Positions 50,008-58,836 of a DNA stretch of 64,000 bases are shown here, one piece after another. The position numbers and the translations under genes are program-made. Location of the stretch: NCBI GenBank assembly GCA_900541145.1, contig UQIH01000012.1, forward strand, positions 6,714-70,713, written 5' to 3'. The DNA comes from an uncultured Collinsella sp. (GTDB lineage: Bacteria; Actinomycetota; Coriobacteriia; Coriobacteriales; Coriobacteriaceae). Each line of letters starts with the position of its first letter. The first letter of the stretch is position 1. The notes beneath the pieces are model-generated. The model worked only from the letters and a program-made list of their open reading frames with translations. It had not been told where the DNA came from and made no database searches.

Positions 50008-51017
50008 ACTTCCTGAACATCTTCGAGGACCACGTGGCCGGCATCTTCGGTGCCACCCGTGCCCCGTTCTCCTTTAAGAAGCTTGCCAAGCAGGCCGCTC
50101 GCGACATGGAGGATCAGACTCTGGTGATCAACGGCGTCAACACGGCGCCGGCACTCTATACCATCCTTATCGCCGCCGACGACGATCCCATGCTCGCCCC
50201 GTTCTACCCCGAGCTTTCGCGCGAGGTCCGCGAGTTCGTGAAGGCGCAGGCCGAAAAGCGCCGCTATGTCTTTGTCGGCGAGCCCCTCGTGCGCTTTATG
50301 ATCGATCCGCAGCTGCGCGCCGGCAAGTTCTCGGTCTTTGCCGAGAACGTCGATGCCCCCACGCTCGGCCGCCTGTACGAAGAAGAGCGCGCCTATCAAA
50401 ACGGCCTGGGCCAGAACAACTCCGCGGCAAGCCGTGCCGCCAGCGCCCCGCGCGCCGGCCAGCAGCAGTTTGCTGCCCCGCAGCAGCAGCGCCCCGCCGC
50501 CATGCCCCAGCAGCAGCCGACGCCTCGCGCCGCCGCTCCCGACCCGCTTGCCGTGGCAGACCCCTTCGCGCCTAGCGTCCCCGACCCCGCCGCCGCACCC
50601 ATCCCGGTGCCTCAGACCGTCTCGCGCGACGCGCTTGCCGGCATGGGCGGAGCCGCCGCGACCGGTGCCGCCGTGGGCCTAGGCGCTGCAGCCGGCATCG
50701 CCTCCAACATGGCGAGCACTCGCGCCCCGCAGCGCCCGCTCGCCCAGCTCGTCGACGTCGTGAGCGGCGAGAGCCATAGCATCACCTCCGCACAGGTGAC
50801 CATCGGTCGCGAGCGCTCAGTTTCCGACATTGCCCTGCGTGACCCCAACGTGTCGCGCCGCCACGCCCAGCTCACCTTTACGGGCTCGGATTGGTCGATC
50901 GAGGACCTCAATTCCACCAACGGCACGCTCGTCAACAACCGCCGCATTACGCGCTGCCCGCTGCGCAACGGCGATCTGCTGACGTTTGGCCTGAGCACCT
51001 TTGAATTTAGGGGATAG
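50004..51017 (+). CDS. fhaA: FhaA-like protein (DUF3662 N-terminal domain and C-terminal FHA)
   Basis: Starts MNFLNIFEDHVAGIFG...FSFKKLAKQAARDME. It has a Pro/Ala/Gln linker and an FHA domain (VTIGRE...RRHAQL...IEDLNSTNGTLVN). The GTGA start overlaps the kinase stop. Confidence 0.85.
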   Translation: MNFLNIFEDHVAGIFGATRAPFSFKKLAKQAARDMEDQTLVINGVNTAPALYTILIAADDDPMLAPFYPELSREVREFVKAQAEKRRYVFVGEPLVRFMIDPQLRAGKFSVFAENVDAPTLGRLYEEERAYQNGLGQNNSAASRAASAPRAGQQQFAAPQQQRPAAMPQQQPTPRAAAPDPLAVADPFAPSVPDPAAAPIPVPQTVSRDALAGMGGAAATGAAVGLGAAAGIASNMASTRAPQRPLAQLVDVVSGESHSITSAQVTIGRERSVSDIALRDPNVSRRHAQLTFTGSDWSIEDLNSTNGTLVNNRRITRCPLRNGDLLTFGLSTFEFRG

Positions 51018-51023
51018 TCGCTT

Positions 51024-51440
51024 ATGAACATCGATATCGTCCTTTTTGCAGGCCGCATCGTCCTGGTCGCCCTGCTCTATATCTTCCTGTTCGCCGTCAT
51101 GAAGACCGGCGTGGGACTTGTGCGCGGGCAGCGCCGCGACTCGGCTATCTGGACGATTGATGTGGACAAGGGTCCGCGCGGTATCCGCGGCATCCACGTA
51201 GACATGCTCGGCCCCGTCTTCGTCGGTCGCTCGCCATCTTCGGACATCTGCATCAATGAACCGTTCGTCTCGGCCTCGCATGCGCGCTTTTCGCTGCAGG
51301 GCCCGGCGCTCATCATCGAGGACCTCAACTCGCTTAACGGCACGCTCGTCAACGGCCGCCAGCTCGTGGAGCCCGCGACGCTGCGTGAGGGCGACGAAGT
51401 CCAGATTGGCGACGTGGTCATGAAGGTGAACCGTCGATGA
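51024..51440 (+). CDS. fhaB: FhaB-like membrane-anchored FHA domain protein
   Basis: N-terminal TM segment and an FHA domain (FVGRSPSSDICINEPFVSASHARF...IEDLNSLNGTLVNG). Confidence 0.8.
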   Translation: MNIDIVLFAGRIVLVALLYIFLFAVMKTGVGLVRGQRRDSAIWTIDVDKGPRGIRGIHVDMLGPVFVGRSPSSDICINEPFVSASHARFSLQGPALIIEDLNSLNGTLVNGRQLVEPATLREGDEVQIGDVVMKVNRR

Positions 51441-53335
51441 TCGACGAGGAGAACAAGTCCGCAACCATGCCCGAGACGCCGACTGCACCCGCAGTTGCGC
51501 CGGCTCATGCCGCTCCGACGCGCCCTGCGACCGTGGAGCCCGAGGACACCGTGTTCTCCCTGCCTCTTTCGCATGTAACTCAAGAATATCCGGCACTCGT
51601 CGATGACGAGGACGCCGACACCGAGCAGCTCGACGCCCCCATCGGGGCGCACGCTGCCGAGCCGTCCGCGGAACCGGAGGCAACGCCCGCACCGGCTCAC
51701 TTTGCCGAGCCCGTCGCCGAGGCGATTAACGAGAGCGCCGCCGTGCTTGCAGCCCCCGAGCCTGCCGCGCCGGTATTCCCCGTCGCCCCGGCAAGCGAGG
51801 CGGCATCCGCGCCCGCAACGCCTGCCGAAGTCGAGCAGCCCGTTGCCGCGCCCGCCGCAGCTCCCGAGCCCTCCGCTCAACCTCAGAGCGCGCCCGTGCC
51901 GTCGCACTTTGCGACGCCCGAGCCGACGGCTGTCGAGCCGCAGCAGGACGGCGATCCCGCCGACCGCGTAACCGAAGATCTCAACCTTCCGGACGTCTCC
52001 GACGCCGAGTCGGGAGACGATGCCGACACCGTCTCCCCCGGCGACACCGCCGAGATCGATGTCGCGGCCGTGGAGGCAAAGCTCAAAGATCCCGGCTCGA
52101 CCATGAGCTTTGAGCCGCTGACCGACGAGCGCATCGAGACCGACTCGACCTACGACGCCGGCACCACCACGCAGCTTATGTGGGGCGCCCGCTCCGACGT
52201 CGGATGCGTACGCCCGCACAATGAGGACTCCTATCTGGTGCAGTCGCCGCTCTTTTGCGTGTGCGACGGCATGGGAGGACACGCCGCCGGCGAGGTGGCA
52301 TCCTCCATCGCCGTCGAGACCATCGCCAAGACGGCGCCGCAGTCCGCCGACGCCGCGCGCCTGGCCGCAGCCGTCGAGGCCGCCAACGCAGCCGTGATCG
52401 AGGCCGCCCTCAACGGCCTGGGCAAACCCGGCATGGGATGCACGGCCACCTGCGCCTACATCGAAAACGACACGCTCGCCATCGCCCACGTGGGTGACTC
52501 TCGCGCCTACCTGCTCCACGAGGGCACGCTCATCCGCGTGACCCGCGACCACTCCTACGTGGAGGAGCTCGTGGACGCCGGCGAGATCACGGCAGATGAG
52601 GCTCGCGTCCACCCCAACCGTTCGGTCATCACCCGCGCGCTGGGCTCGGACCCCGCTATGTATGCCGACCACTTCACTCTGCATATCGAGGAAGGCGACC
52701 GCCTGATCCTGTGCTCCGACGGCCTTTCGAGCATGATTCCCGATAGCGATATCGAGAACATCGCCACGCAGTCCTCAGCCGCGCAAATCTGCGTCGACAA
52801 CCTAGTGGACGCGGCGCTTGCCGCCGGCGGCCACGACAACGTGACCGTAGTAGTCGTTGACCTGGTTGACGATGGCGTTATGCGCGAGGCGCAGCGCGTG
52901 CGTCGCCGCAACATTACTATCGCCGCCATCCTGGCCCTCGTCTTTGTGCTGGCAGCTGGCATCTGGGCCTACACGGGTGTCACCGGCTCGTACTACCTGG
53001 GTACCTACCAGGGCAATGTCGCCGTCTGGCGCGGCCTGCCCGGCAAGCCGCTCGGACTCAAGCTCCACTGGCTCGAAAGCGAAACCAGCATCAAGCTATC
53101 CGACCTGCCCGAAGACACGCAAAACCGCCTCAAGGCGGGTATTCCGCAAACAAGTGTCGACGATGCGCAGGACACGATATCCAAGTACCGCCACCAGATC
53201 GACGAGGAGCAGACCCGCCAGGTGATCGACGCGCAAACGATTCGCGACAACACCAATCAGGGATCGACCTCCGAATCAGATTCCGAGAAAACCGCCGAAC
53301 AGTCCGCCGAGGCCGAAGCCTCCGATAAGAATTAG
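51437..53335 (+). CDS. pstP: PP2C-family Ser/Thr phosphatase (PstP-like) with a ~240-aa acidic Pro/Ala-rich N-terminal extension
   Basis: Contains RPHNEDSY, VCDGMGGHAAGEVAS, HVGDSRAY, SDGL and DNVTVVVVD, followed by a TM segment. The ATGA overlap with fhaB supports the long form. An internal start near 52170 cannot be excluded. Confidence 0.8.
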   Translation: MIDEENKSATMPETPTAPAVAPAHAAPTRPATVEPEDTVFSLPLSHVTQEYPALVDDEDADTEQLDAPIGAHAAEPSAEPEATPAPAHFAEPVAEAINESAAVLAAPEPAAPVFPVAPASEAASAPATPAEVEQPVAAPAAAPEPSAQPQSAPVPSHFATPEPTAVEPQQDGDPADRVTEDLNLPDVSDAESGDDADTVSPGDTAEIDVAAVEAKLKDPGSTMSFEPLTDERIETDSTYDAGTTTQLMWGARSDVGCVRPHNEDSYLVQSPLFCVCDGMGGHAAGEVASSIAVETIAKTAPQSADAARLAAAVEAANAAVIEAALNGLGKPGMGCTATCAYIENDTLAIAHVGDSRAYLLHEGTLIRVTRDHSYVEELVDAGEITADEARVHPNRSVITRALGSDPAMYADHFTLHIEEGDRLILCSDGLSSMIPDSDIENIATQSSAAQICVDNLVDAALAAGGHDNVTVVVVDLVDDGVMREAQRVRRRNITIAAILALVFVLAAGIWAYTGVTGSYYLGTYQGNVAVWRGLPGKPLGLKLHWLESETSIKLSDLPEDTQNRLKAGIPQTSVDDAQDTISKYRHQIDEEQTRQVIDAQTIRDNTNQGSTSESDSEKTAEQSAEAEASDKN

Positions 53336-53351
53336 AAAGGGAGTGCCGCTT

Positions 53352-56222
53352 ATGAGTCGCCGCAACACCGAGCTGCTCTTGCTCATCGCCTCGGCGTTCC
53401 CCGTCATCCTGCTGTATGCGATGTACGTCCTCACCGCGGGCGCTGCCATCTCCTTTGAGACGCTCGCCGTACCGATCGGCCTCTTTGCCGCCTTTGCCGC
53501 GGCCCACATTGCCGTGCGCATCTTGGCGCCCGGTGCCGACCCCGCCATCCTGCCCATTGTCTTTGTGCTTTCGGGCATCGGCATCACGTTCGTGACGCGT
53601 CTCGCCCCCGCTCTCGCCATCTCACAGCTCATCATCCTGTTTGTCTCGGTGGCCCTGATGGTGGGAACGCTCGCACTGGTCAAAAACCTCGACGTGGTCA
53701 TGCGCTACAAGTACACCTTTGGCATCATCGGCATCATCCTGCTGATGCTGCCCATCTTTATCGGCACCACGATCTCGGGCTCCAAGCTGTGGATTCGCAT
53801 CGCGGGCTTTACCATCCAGCCCGGCGAGTTCGCCAAGGTCTTTATCGTCCTGTTCCTGGCCGGCTACCTGGCCGAGAACCGCGAGCTGCTCTCCATCTCC
53901 AACCGCAAGATTCTGGGCTTTAAGATCCCTCGCCTGCGACTGCTGCTGCCGCTGTTTGCCGTGTGGGGTGTGTGCCTGCTCGTCGTCGTCTTCGAACGCG
54001 ACCTGGGTTCGGCCGTGCTGTTCTACACCATCTTCTTGCTGATGCTCTACGTTGCCACGGGGCGCTTTTCGTATGTCGTTATCGGCCTTGCGCTCTTAGC
54101 TGTTGGAGCCGTGGGCGCCTACAAGTTCCTGTCTCACGTTCAGGTGCGTTTCCAGGTTTGGCTCGATCCGTTTAAGGACGCCCAGGGCCAGGGCTACCAG
54201 ATCGTCCAGTCGCTCTTCTCGCTTGCCGATGGCGGTCTGGTCGGTGTTGGCATCGGCAACGGCATGGCCAACAACATCCCTGTCGTCGAGTCCGACTTTA
54301 TCTTCTCGGCTATCGGCGAGGAGATGGGCCTTTTGGGCGGCGGCGCCGTGCTCATCCTGTTTATGCTCTTTGCCGTGCGTGGCCTGACCACAGCTGCCCG
54401 CGCAAAGTCCGACCTTGCCGCCTTTAGCGCCACCGGTCTTACGGCAGCCATCAGCTTCCAGGCCTTCTTGATCGTTGGCGGCGTTACCCGCCTGATCCCG
54501 TTGACCGGCGTCACCCTGCCCTTTATGAGCCAGGGCGGCTCCTCGCTGCTGGCGAGTTTTATCATCGTCGCGCTCCTGCTGCGCGCCGGTGACGAGGCGA
54601 CCGGACGCGAGGCCGAGCTCACCGGCACCGGCACCATGGCCGCCATCACCGATGATCAGGTCGCATCTGCCGCCGCCCCGACGGGCACGCGCTTTGCCAC
54701 CTCGTCTTCCTACGGCAGCGGCAGCCATTCCGTCGGCTCGCGCATGCGCCGTCGCCTGCTCGACACGCCTGAATCCGGTGTGCTCGGTCGCGTGGCGCTC
54801 GCCAACCGTCTAACCCGTGCGGTGCTCGCCTTTACGGCGCTGTTCGCCATCCTTATCGGCAACCTCACCTATGTCCAGGTCATTAAGGCCAAGGACTATC
54901 AGGACATGCCGACCAACAACCACACCATCGCCCGCTCCAAGTACATCCAGCGCGGCTCCATCATCACGTCCGACGGCGTGACGCTGGCCGAGTCGCTGCA
55001 GCAGGAGGACGGCACCTACGTACGCTCCTACCCCAACGGTAACCTGGCAGCGCACGTGGTTGGCTACGTGAGCCAGCAGTATGGCACCACCGCCATCGAG
55101 AGCGTCATGAACGACACGCTCACCGGTTCTAAGGACTACTCTAGCTGGAACAACGCCATCGCGTCGCTCGCGGGCCAGACCCAGCCGGGCAACACCGCCA
55201 AGCTCACCATCGACTCGCGTATCCAGACGGCGGCCGAGCAGGCACTCAAGGGCTTTAAGGGCGCTGTAGTGGTCATCGACCCGCGTACCGGCGCGGTGCT
55301 CGCATGTGCCAGCTCGCCCACCTACGACAACACCAACATCGATGCCCTGCTGCAGACGGGCGGCGGCGAGGACGGCTCCATGTACAATCGCGCCATGGAC
55401 GCGCTGTACACGCCGGGCTCCACGTTTAAGGTCGTTACGCTTTCCGCGGCACTCGAGACCGGTACCGCCAGCCTTACCAGCACCTACCAGGCGCCCGGCT
55501 CCATGGACATCGGCAACGCACCGGTCACCAACTATGCCAACGAGAGCTACGGCACCATCAGCCTACAGCAGGCCTTTGCCGTGTCCTCCAACGTCGTCTT
55601 TGGCCAGGTGGCAAACGAAGTTGGCGCAAACACGCTCGTGCAGTTTGCCAACGCCTTTGGCTACGGCCAAAAGCTCGGCCAGGACCTGACCTCCGCGGCC
55701 TCCATCATGGCCGACCCCTCGCTCATGACCGAGTGGGAGACCGCCTGGGCCGGCGCCGGCCAGCCTGTCGGCATGGACCACACGCCCGGCCCGCAGACCA
55801 CCGTCATGCAAAACGCCGTGATTGCCGCCGCCATCGCTAACAGCGGCGTGGTCATGGACCCGTACTTTGTAGCCCAGGTACTCGCCCCGGACGGAACCGT
55901 GGTCAAGACCACGCAGTCCCGCTCGCTGGGTCAGGCCGTCAGCTCCGCCACGGCCGACCAGGTCAAGCAGGCCATGCTTGCCGTCGTCCAGTCCGGCACC
56001 GGCACCGATGCCCAAATCCCCGGCGTCAAAGTCGCCGGCAAGACCGGCTCGGCCGAGACCGGCGGCACCAACGTCAACTCGATGTTCGTTGGCTTTGCAC
56101 CTTACGATTCACCCACGGTCGCCATCTCGGTGGCCTTGGAGGATTTCGACAAGCATGACGTCAAGGCCGCTAAGATCGCCGGTATCGTCCTGACCGCGGC
56201 GCTTGCCGCACAGGGAGCGTGA
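53352..56222 (+). CDS. single-polypeptide fusion of a SEDS protein (RodA/FtsW) and a class B penicillin-binding protein
   Basis: The N-terminal ~420 aa are polytopic SEDS (IQPGEFAKVFIVLFLAGYL, TLPFMSQGGSSL). A Ser/Ala linker follows, then a TM segment and the transpeptidase motifs STFK, SSN and KTGSAE. The frame is continuous. AAAGGGAG lies upstream of ATG 53352. Confidence 0.85.
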   Translation: MSRRNTELLLLIASAFPVILLYAMYVLTAGAAISFETLAVPIGLFAAFAAAHIAVRILAPGADPAILPIVFVLSGIGITFVTRLAPALAISQLIILFVSVALMVGTLALVKNLDVVMRYKYTFGIIGIILLMLPIFIGTTISGSKLWIRIAGFTIQPGEFAKVFIVLFLAGYLAENRELLSISNRKILGFKIPRLRLLLPLFAVWGVCLLVVVFERDLGSAVLFYTIFLLMLYVATGRFSYVVIGLALLAVGAVGAYKFLSHVQVRFQVWLDPFKDAQGQGYQIVQSLFSLADGGLVGVGIGNGMANNIPVVESDFIFSAIGEEMGLLGGGAVLILFMLFAVRGLTTAARAKSDLAAFSATGLTAAISFQAFLIVGGVTRLIPLTGVTLPFMSQGGSSLLASFIIVALLLRAGDEATGREAELTGTGTMAAITDDQVASAAAPTGTRFATSSSYGSGSHSVGSRMRRRLLDTPESGVLGRVALANRLTRAVLAFTALFAILIGNLTYVQVIKAKDYQDMPTNNHTIARSKYIQRGSIITSDGVTLAESLQQEDGTYVRSYPNGNLAAHVVGYVSQQYGTTAIESVMNDTLTGSKDYSSWNNAIASLAGQTQPGNTAKLTIDSRIQTAAEQALKGFKGAVVVIDPRTGAVLACASSPTYDNTNIDALLQTGGGEDGSMYNRAMDALYTPGSTFKVVTLSAALETGTASLTSTYQAPGSMDIGNAPVTNYANESYGTISLQQAFAVSSNVVFGQVANEVGANTLVQFANAFGYGQKLGQDLTSAASIMADPSLMTEWETAWAGAGQPVGMDHTPGPQTTVMQNAVIAAAIANSGVVMDPYFVAQVLAPDGTVVKTTQSRSLGQAVSSATADQVKQAMLAVVQSGTGTDAQIPGVKVAGKTGSAETGGTNVNSMFVGFAPYDSPTVAISVALEDFDKHDVKAAKIAGIVLTAALAAQGA

Positions 56223-56354
56223 TGCCCATGATCGAATCGGACACCCGAGGCGCGCCGCGGCCGAAGAGTTAGCGGCAACGCGCCACACGGCCCCAGCGGC
56301 CACATCATAGGTACTACACACATCGTTGAGCGAATAGTTATGTTAGGAGCAGGA

Positions 56355-58316
56355 ATGGAACAGAGGGTCCTCGGGGGAAGATACCTCCTCAAGGATAAGG
56401 TGGGGACAGGCGGCATGGCGACCGTCTACCGTGCACAGGACCAGGTCCTCGACCGCACGGTTGCCGTCAAGATCATGCTGCCGCAGTATGCTGGCGACGC
56501 AACCTTCGCCGCACGCTTTAAGCAGGAGGCCCAGGCAGCAGCCGGTCTCTCCTCCCCCTATATCGTGGGCGTCTACGATTGGGGCAAGGACGGCGACACC
56601 TATTACATCGTCATGGAGTACCTGCGCGGTACCGACCTTAAGAGCGGCATCAAGAGCCACGGCGCCCTCGACCCCAAGAAGGTCGCCCAGATCGGCTCGC
56701 AGATCAGCTCCGCACTTTCGGTCGCCCACAAGCACGAGATCATCCACCGCGACATTAAGCCGCAGAACATCATGGTGCTGCCCGACGGCAACATCAAGGT
56801 GATGGACTTTGGCATCGCGCGCGCCAAGAACAGCCACCTCACGCAAGACAACAACGTGCTGGGAACCGCCCACTACGTCAGCCCCGAGCAGACCCGTGGT
56901 CAGGACCTCGGCCCCACCTCGGATATCTACTCGCTGGGCGTCGTGATGTATGAATGCGCCACCGGCCGCGTGCCCTTTGACGGTGACGACGCTATCTCGG
57001 TCGCACTCAAGCAGGTCAACGAGCTGCCTATTCCGCCGAGCCAGATCAACTCCGGTGTCGACGCCGACCTTGAGCGCATCATCCTCAAGTGCATGGAGAA
57101 GGATCCGGCAAACCGCTTCCAGACCGCCGACGAGCTGCGTCAGGTGCTCAACAGCTACCTGTCGGGCCGTGCCGTCAACGTCTCGGAGCCCACGCGCATC
57201 ATCGGTGCCCCCGGTGAGCTGGGCGCCACCAAGACTCGCGAGCTTTCCGATCAGACGCGCGCCATGGTGCGTCCCGTCTCGGGCGTGAGCGGCCAGAATA
57301 CCGCCCGTAGCTCGGTTTCGGGCTCCACCGGCTCCTACGAGGTCGAAGAGCCCAAATCCAACAAGAACAAGATCATCGCCGCCGTGGTGGCAGCGGTTGC
57401 CGTCATCGGCATCGTGGTGGCCTTTGCCACAGGACTCTTTGGCGGCGAGCAGGTCACCGTGCCCGACGTGCTGGGCAAGGACCAGCAGACTGCCGTCGAG
57501 CTGATCAAGGAAGCCGGCCTCGAGGTCGGCACCATCGACCAAAGCTACAACGACGATGTCGACGAGGGCAAGGTCGCCGAGCAGACGCCCAACGGCAACA
57601 CCAAGAAGGCCAAGGGCACCAAGGTGAACCTGGTAATCTCCAAGGGCCCCAAGCCCTCCGAAAAGGTTGAGGTTCCCAAACTTGTCGGCCTGACCAAGGA
57701 TCAAGCAGAAGCCGCACTGGCAAGCGTTGGCCTGAAGAGCAACGCCTCCGAGGAGGCCAACGAGGCCGATGAGGGCCAGGTCTTTGAGCAGAGCACCGAA
57801 GCCGGTAAGGAAGTCGCGAAGGGCACGACCATCTCGTACAAGGTCTCGAGCGGCCCGGATACCACGTCCGTCCCCGACCTGACCGACATGACCGAGGCCC
57901 AGGCGCGCAACGCCCTCGATATGGCAGGCTTTGGCGTCGACGTGAGCTACCAGGAGAACGACTCGGTTACCGAGGGCACCGTGATCAGCTGGAACCCCAG
58001 CGGCAAGCAGAAGCCCGGCGCCACGATTACCGTCGTCATTGCCAAGAAGTCCGGCAAGGCCACCGTCCCGGGCAACCTGTACGGTAAGAGCATTTCCGCC
58101 GCCGTCACCGCGCTCAACAACGCCGGTTTCTATAACATCGGCTTCTGTGACCAGAACGGCAATCCCGTAAGCGGTAACGAGGATGCCACCGTTACGGGCG
58201 TCTCCCCCACCGGCAAGCAGTCCACCGACAGCACGATCACGCTAACAGTCGCACTTTCTGGCTCGGGCTCTGGCTCTGGCTCGGGCACGGGTGACGATTC
58301 CGGTACGACCAACTAG
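56355..58316 (+). CDS. pknB: PknB-like Ser/Thr protein kinase with PASTA repeats
   Basis: Contains GTGGMATVYRA, VAVKIM, HRDIKPQNIMV, DFGIA and SPEQ, then a TM segment and four PASTA-like repeats (VPDVLGK, VPKLVGL, VPDLTDM, VPGNLYG). Confidence 0.9.
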   Translation: MEQRVLGGRYLLKDKVGTGGMATVYRAQDQVLDRTVAVKIMLPQYAGDATFAARFKQEAQAAAGLSSPYIVGVYDWGKDGDTYYIVMEYLRGTDLKSGIKSHGALDPKKVAQIGSQISSALSVAHKHEIIHRDIKPQNIMVLPDGNIKVMDFGIARAKNSHLTQDNNVLGTAHYVSPEQTRGQDLGPTSDIYSLGVVMYECATGRVPFDGDDAISVALKQVNELPIPPSQINSGVDADLERIILKCMEKDPANRFQTADELRQVLNSYLSGRAVNVSEPTRIIGAPGELGATKTRELSDQTRAMVRPVSGVSGQNTARSSVSGSTGSYEVEEPKSNKNKIIAAVVAAVAVIGIVVAFATGLFGGEQVTVPDVLGKDQQTAVELIKEAGLEVGTIDQSYNDDVDEGKVAEQTPNGNTKKAKGTKVNLVISKGPKPSEKVEVPKLVGLTKDQAEAALASVGLKSNASEEANEADEGQVFEQSTEAGKEVAKGTTISYKVSSGPDTTSVPDLTDMTEAQARNALDMAGFGVDVSYQENDSVTEGTVISWNPSGKQKPGATITVVIAKKSGKATVPGNLYGKSISAAVTALNNAGFYNIGFCDQNGNPVSGNEDATVTGVSPTGKQSTDSTITLTVALSGSGSGSGSGTGDDSGTTN

Positions 58317-58365
58317 TCGCCACCCCACCGCTCATCACGGCTCTCGCCGCAAACATATTCGCTCA

Positions 58366-58408
58366 CAGGCGCCCGCTTGCTCCCCCAGCAAGCGGGCGCT
58401 TCGTTTTT
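58366..58408 (+). terminator. rho-independent terminator after pknB
   Basis: GCGCCCGCTTGC-TCCCCC-AGCAAGCGGGCGC followed by TTCGTTTTT. Confidence 0.7.
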
Positions 58409-58467
58409 GACATGGCATTGAACCAGAAGAGCCCGGCACCATAGCGGTACCGGGCTCGATATTCCTC

Positions 58468-58490
58468 TGGTGCCCCCGGGCGGATTCGAA
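58468..58490 (-). repeat. 23-nt copy of the tRNA 3' end (att-like remnant)
   Basis: TGGTGCCCCCGGGCGGATTCGAA is identical to 58600-58622. The flanking sequence does not fold into a tRNA. Confidence 0.6.
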
Positions 58491-58599
58491 AACTCCCCCC
58501 CCGCGGGGAAATTGGTGACGCGGGTGTCGACGGCCCGAATCCGCCGGCGGCCCCCGCAAACCAGAAACGGCGCCGCTCCCGCGACGCCGTCATATTCCC

Positions 58600-58644
58600 T
58601 GGTGCCCCCGGGCGGATTCGAACCGTCGACACCCGCTTTAGGAG
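58600..58644 (-). other. 3' fragment of tRNA-Arg(CCT), from anticodon loop to CCA: putative att site of the adjacent integrative element
   Basis: The minus strand reads CTCCTAA-AGCGG-GTGTC-GACGGTTCGAATCCGCC-CGGGGGC-A-CCA. No complementary 5' acceptor or D-arm lies upstream, and similarity stops at the 5' edge of the anticodon loop. Confidence 0.65.
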
Positions 58645-58836
58645 ATATGATTTAATGCTACCCCCTACCATTCATCAAGCATCATTTAACATCATATAAC
58701 CGCAGATAAACATAGCAGTTTGTGTCTTTTGCCTCCGGTAGCTGCGCCTACGCTTTTACAAACATATTACTAACAGCTTTAGCTAAACTGCACTCAATGA
58801 ATTGTTGAAAACTATTCAAAGAAACGGAGCGCAAAG

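Noticed and set aside
58468-58560. Possible complete tRNA (including tRNA-Sec or a long-variable-arm type) around the first TGGTGCCCCCGGGCGGATTCGAA copy
   Set aside because: No 5' strand complementary to the acceptor 3' strand CGGGGGC is present, and neither a D-arm nor a T-stem can be formed. Only the last 23 nt match the tRNA 3' end.
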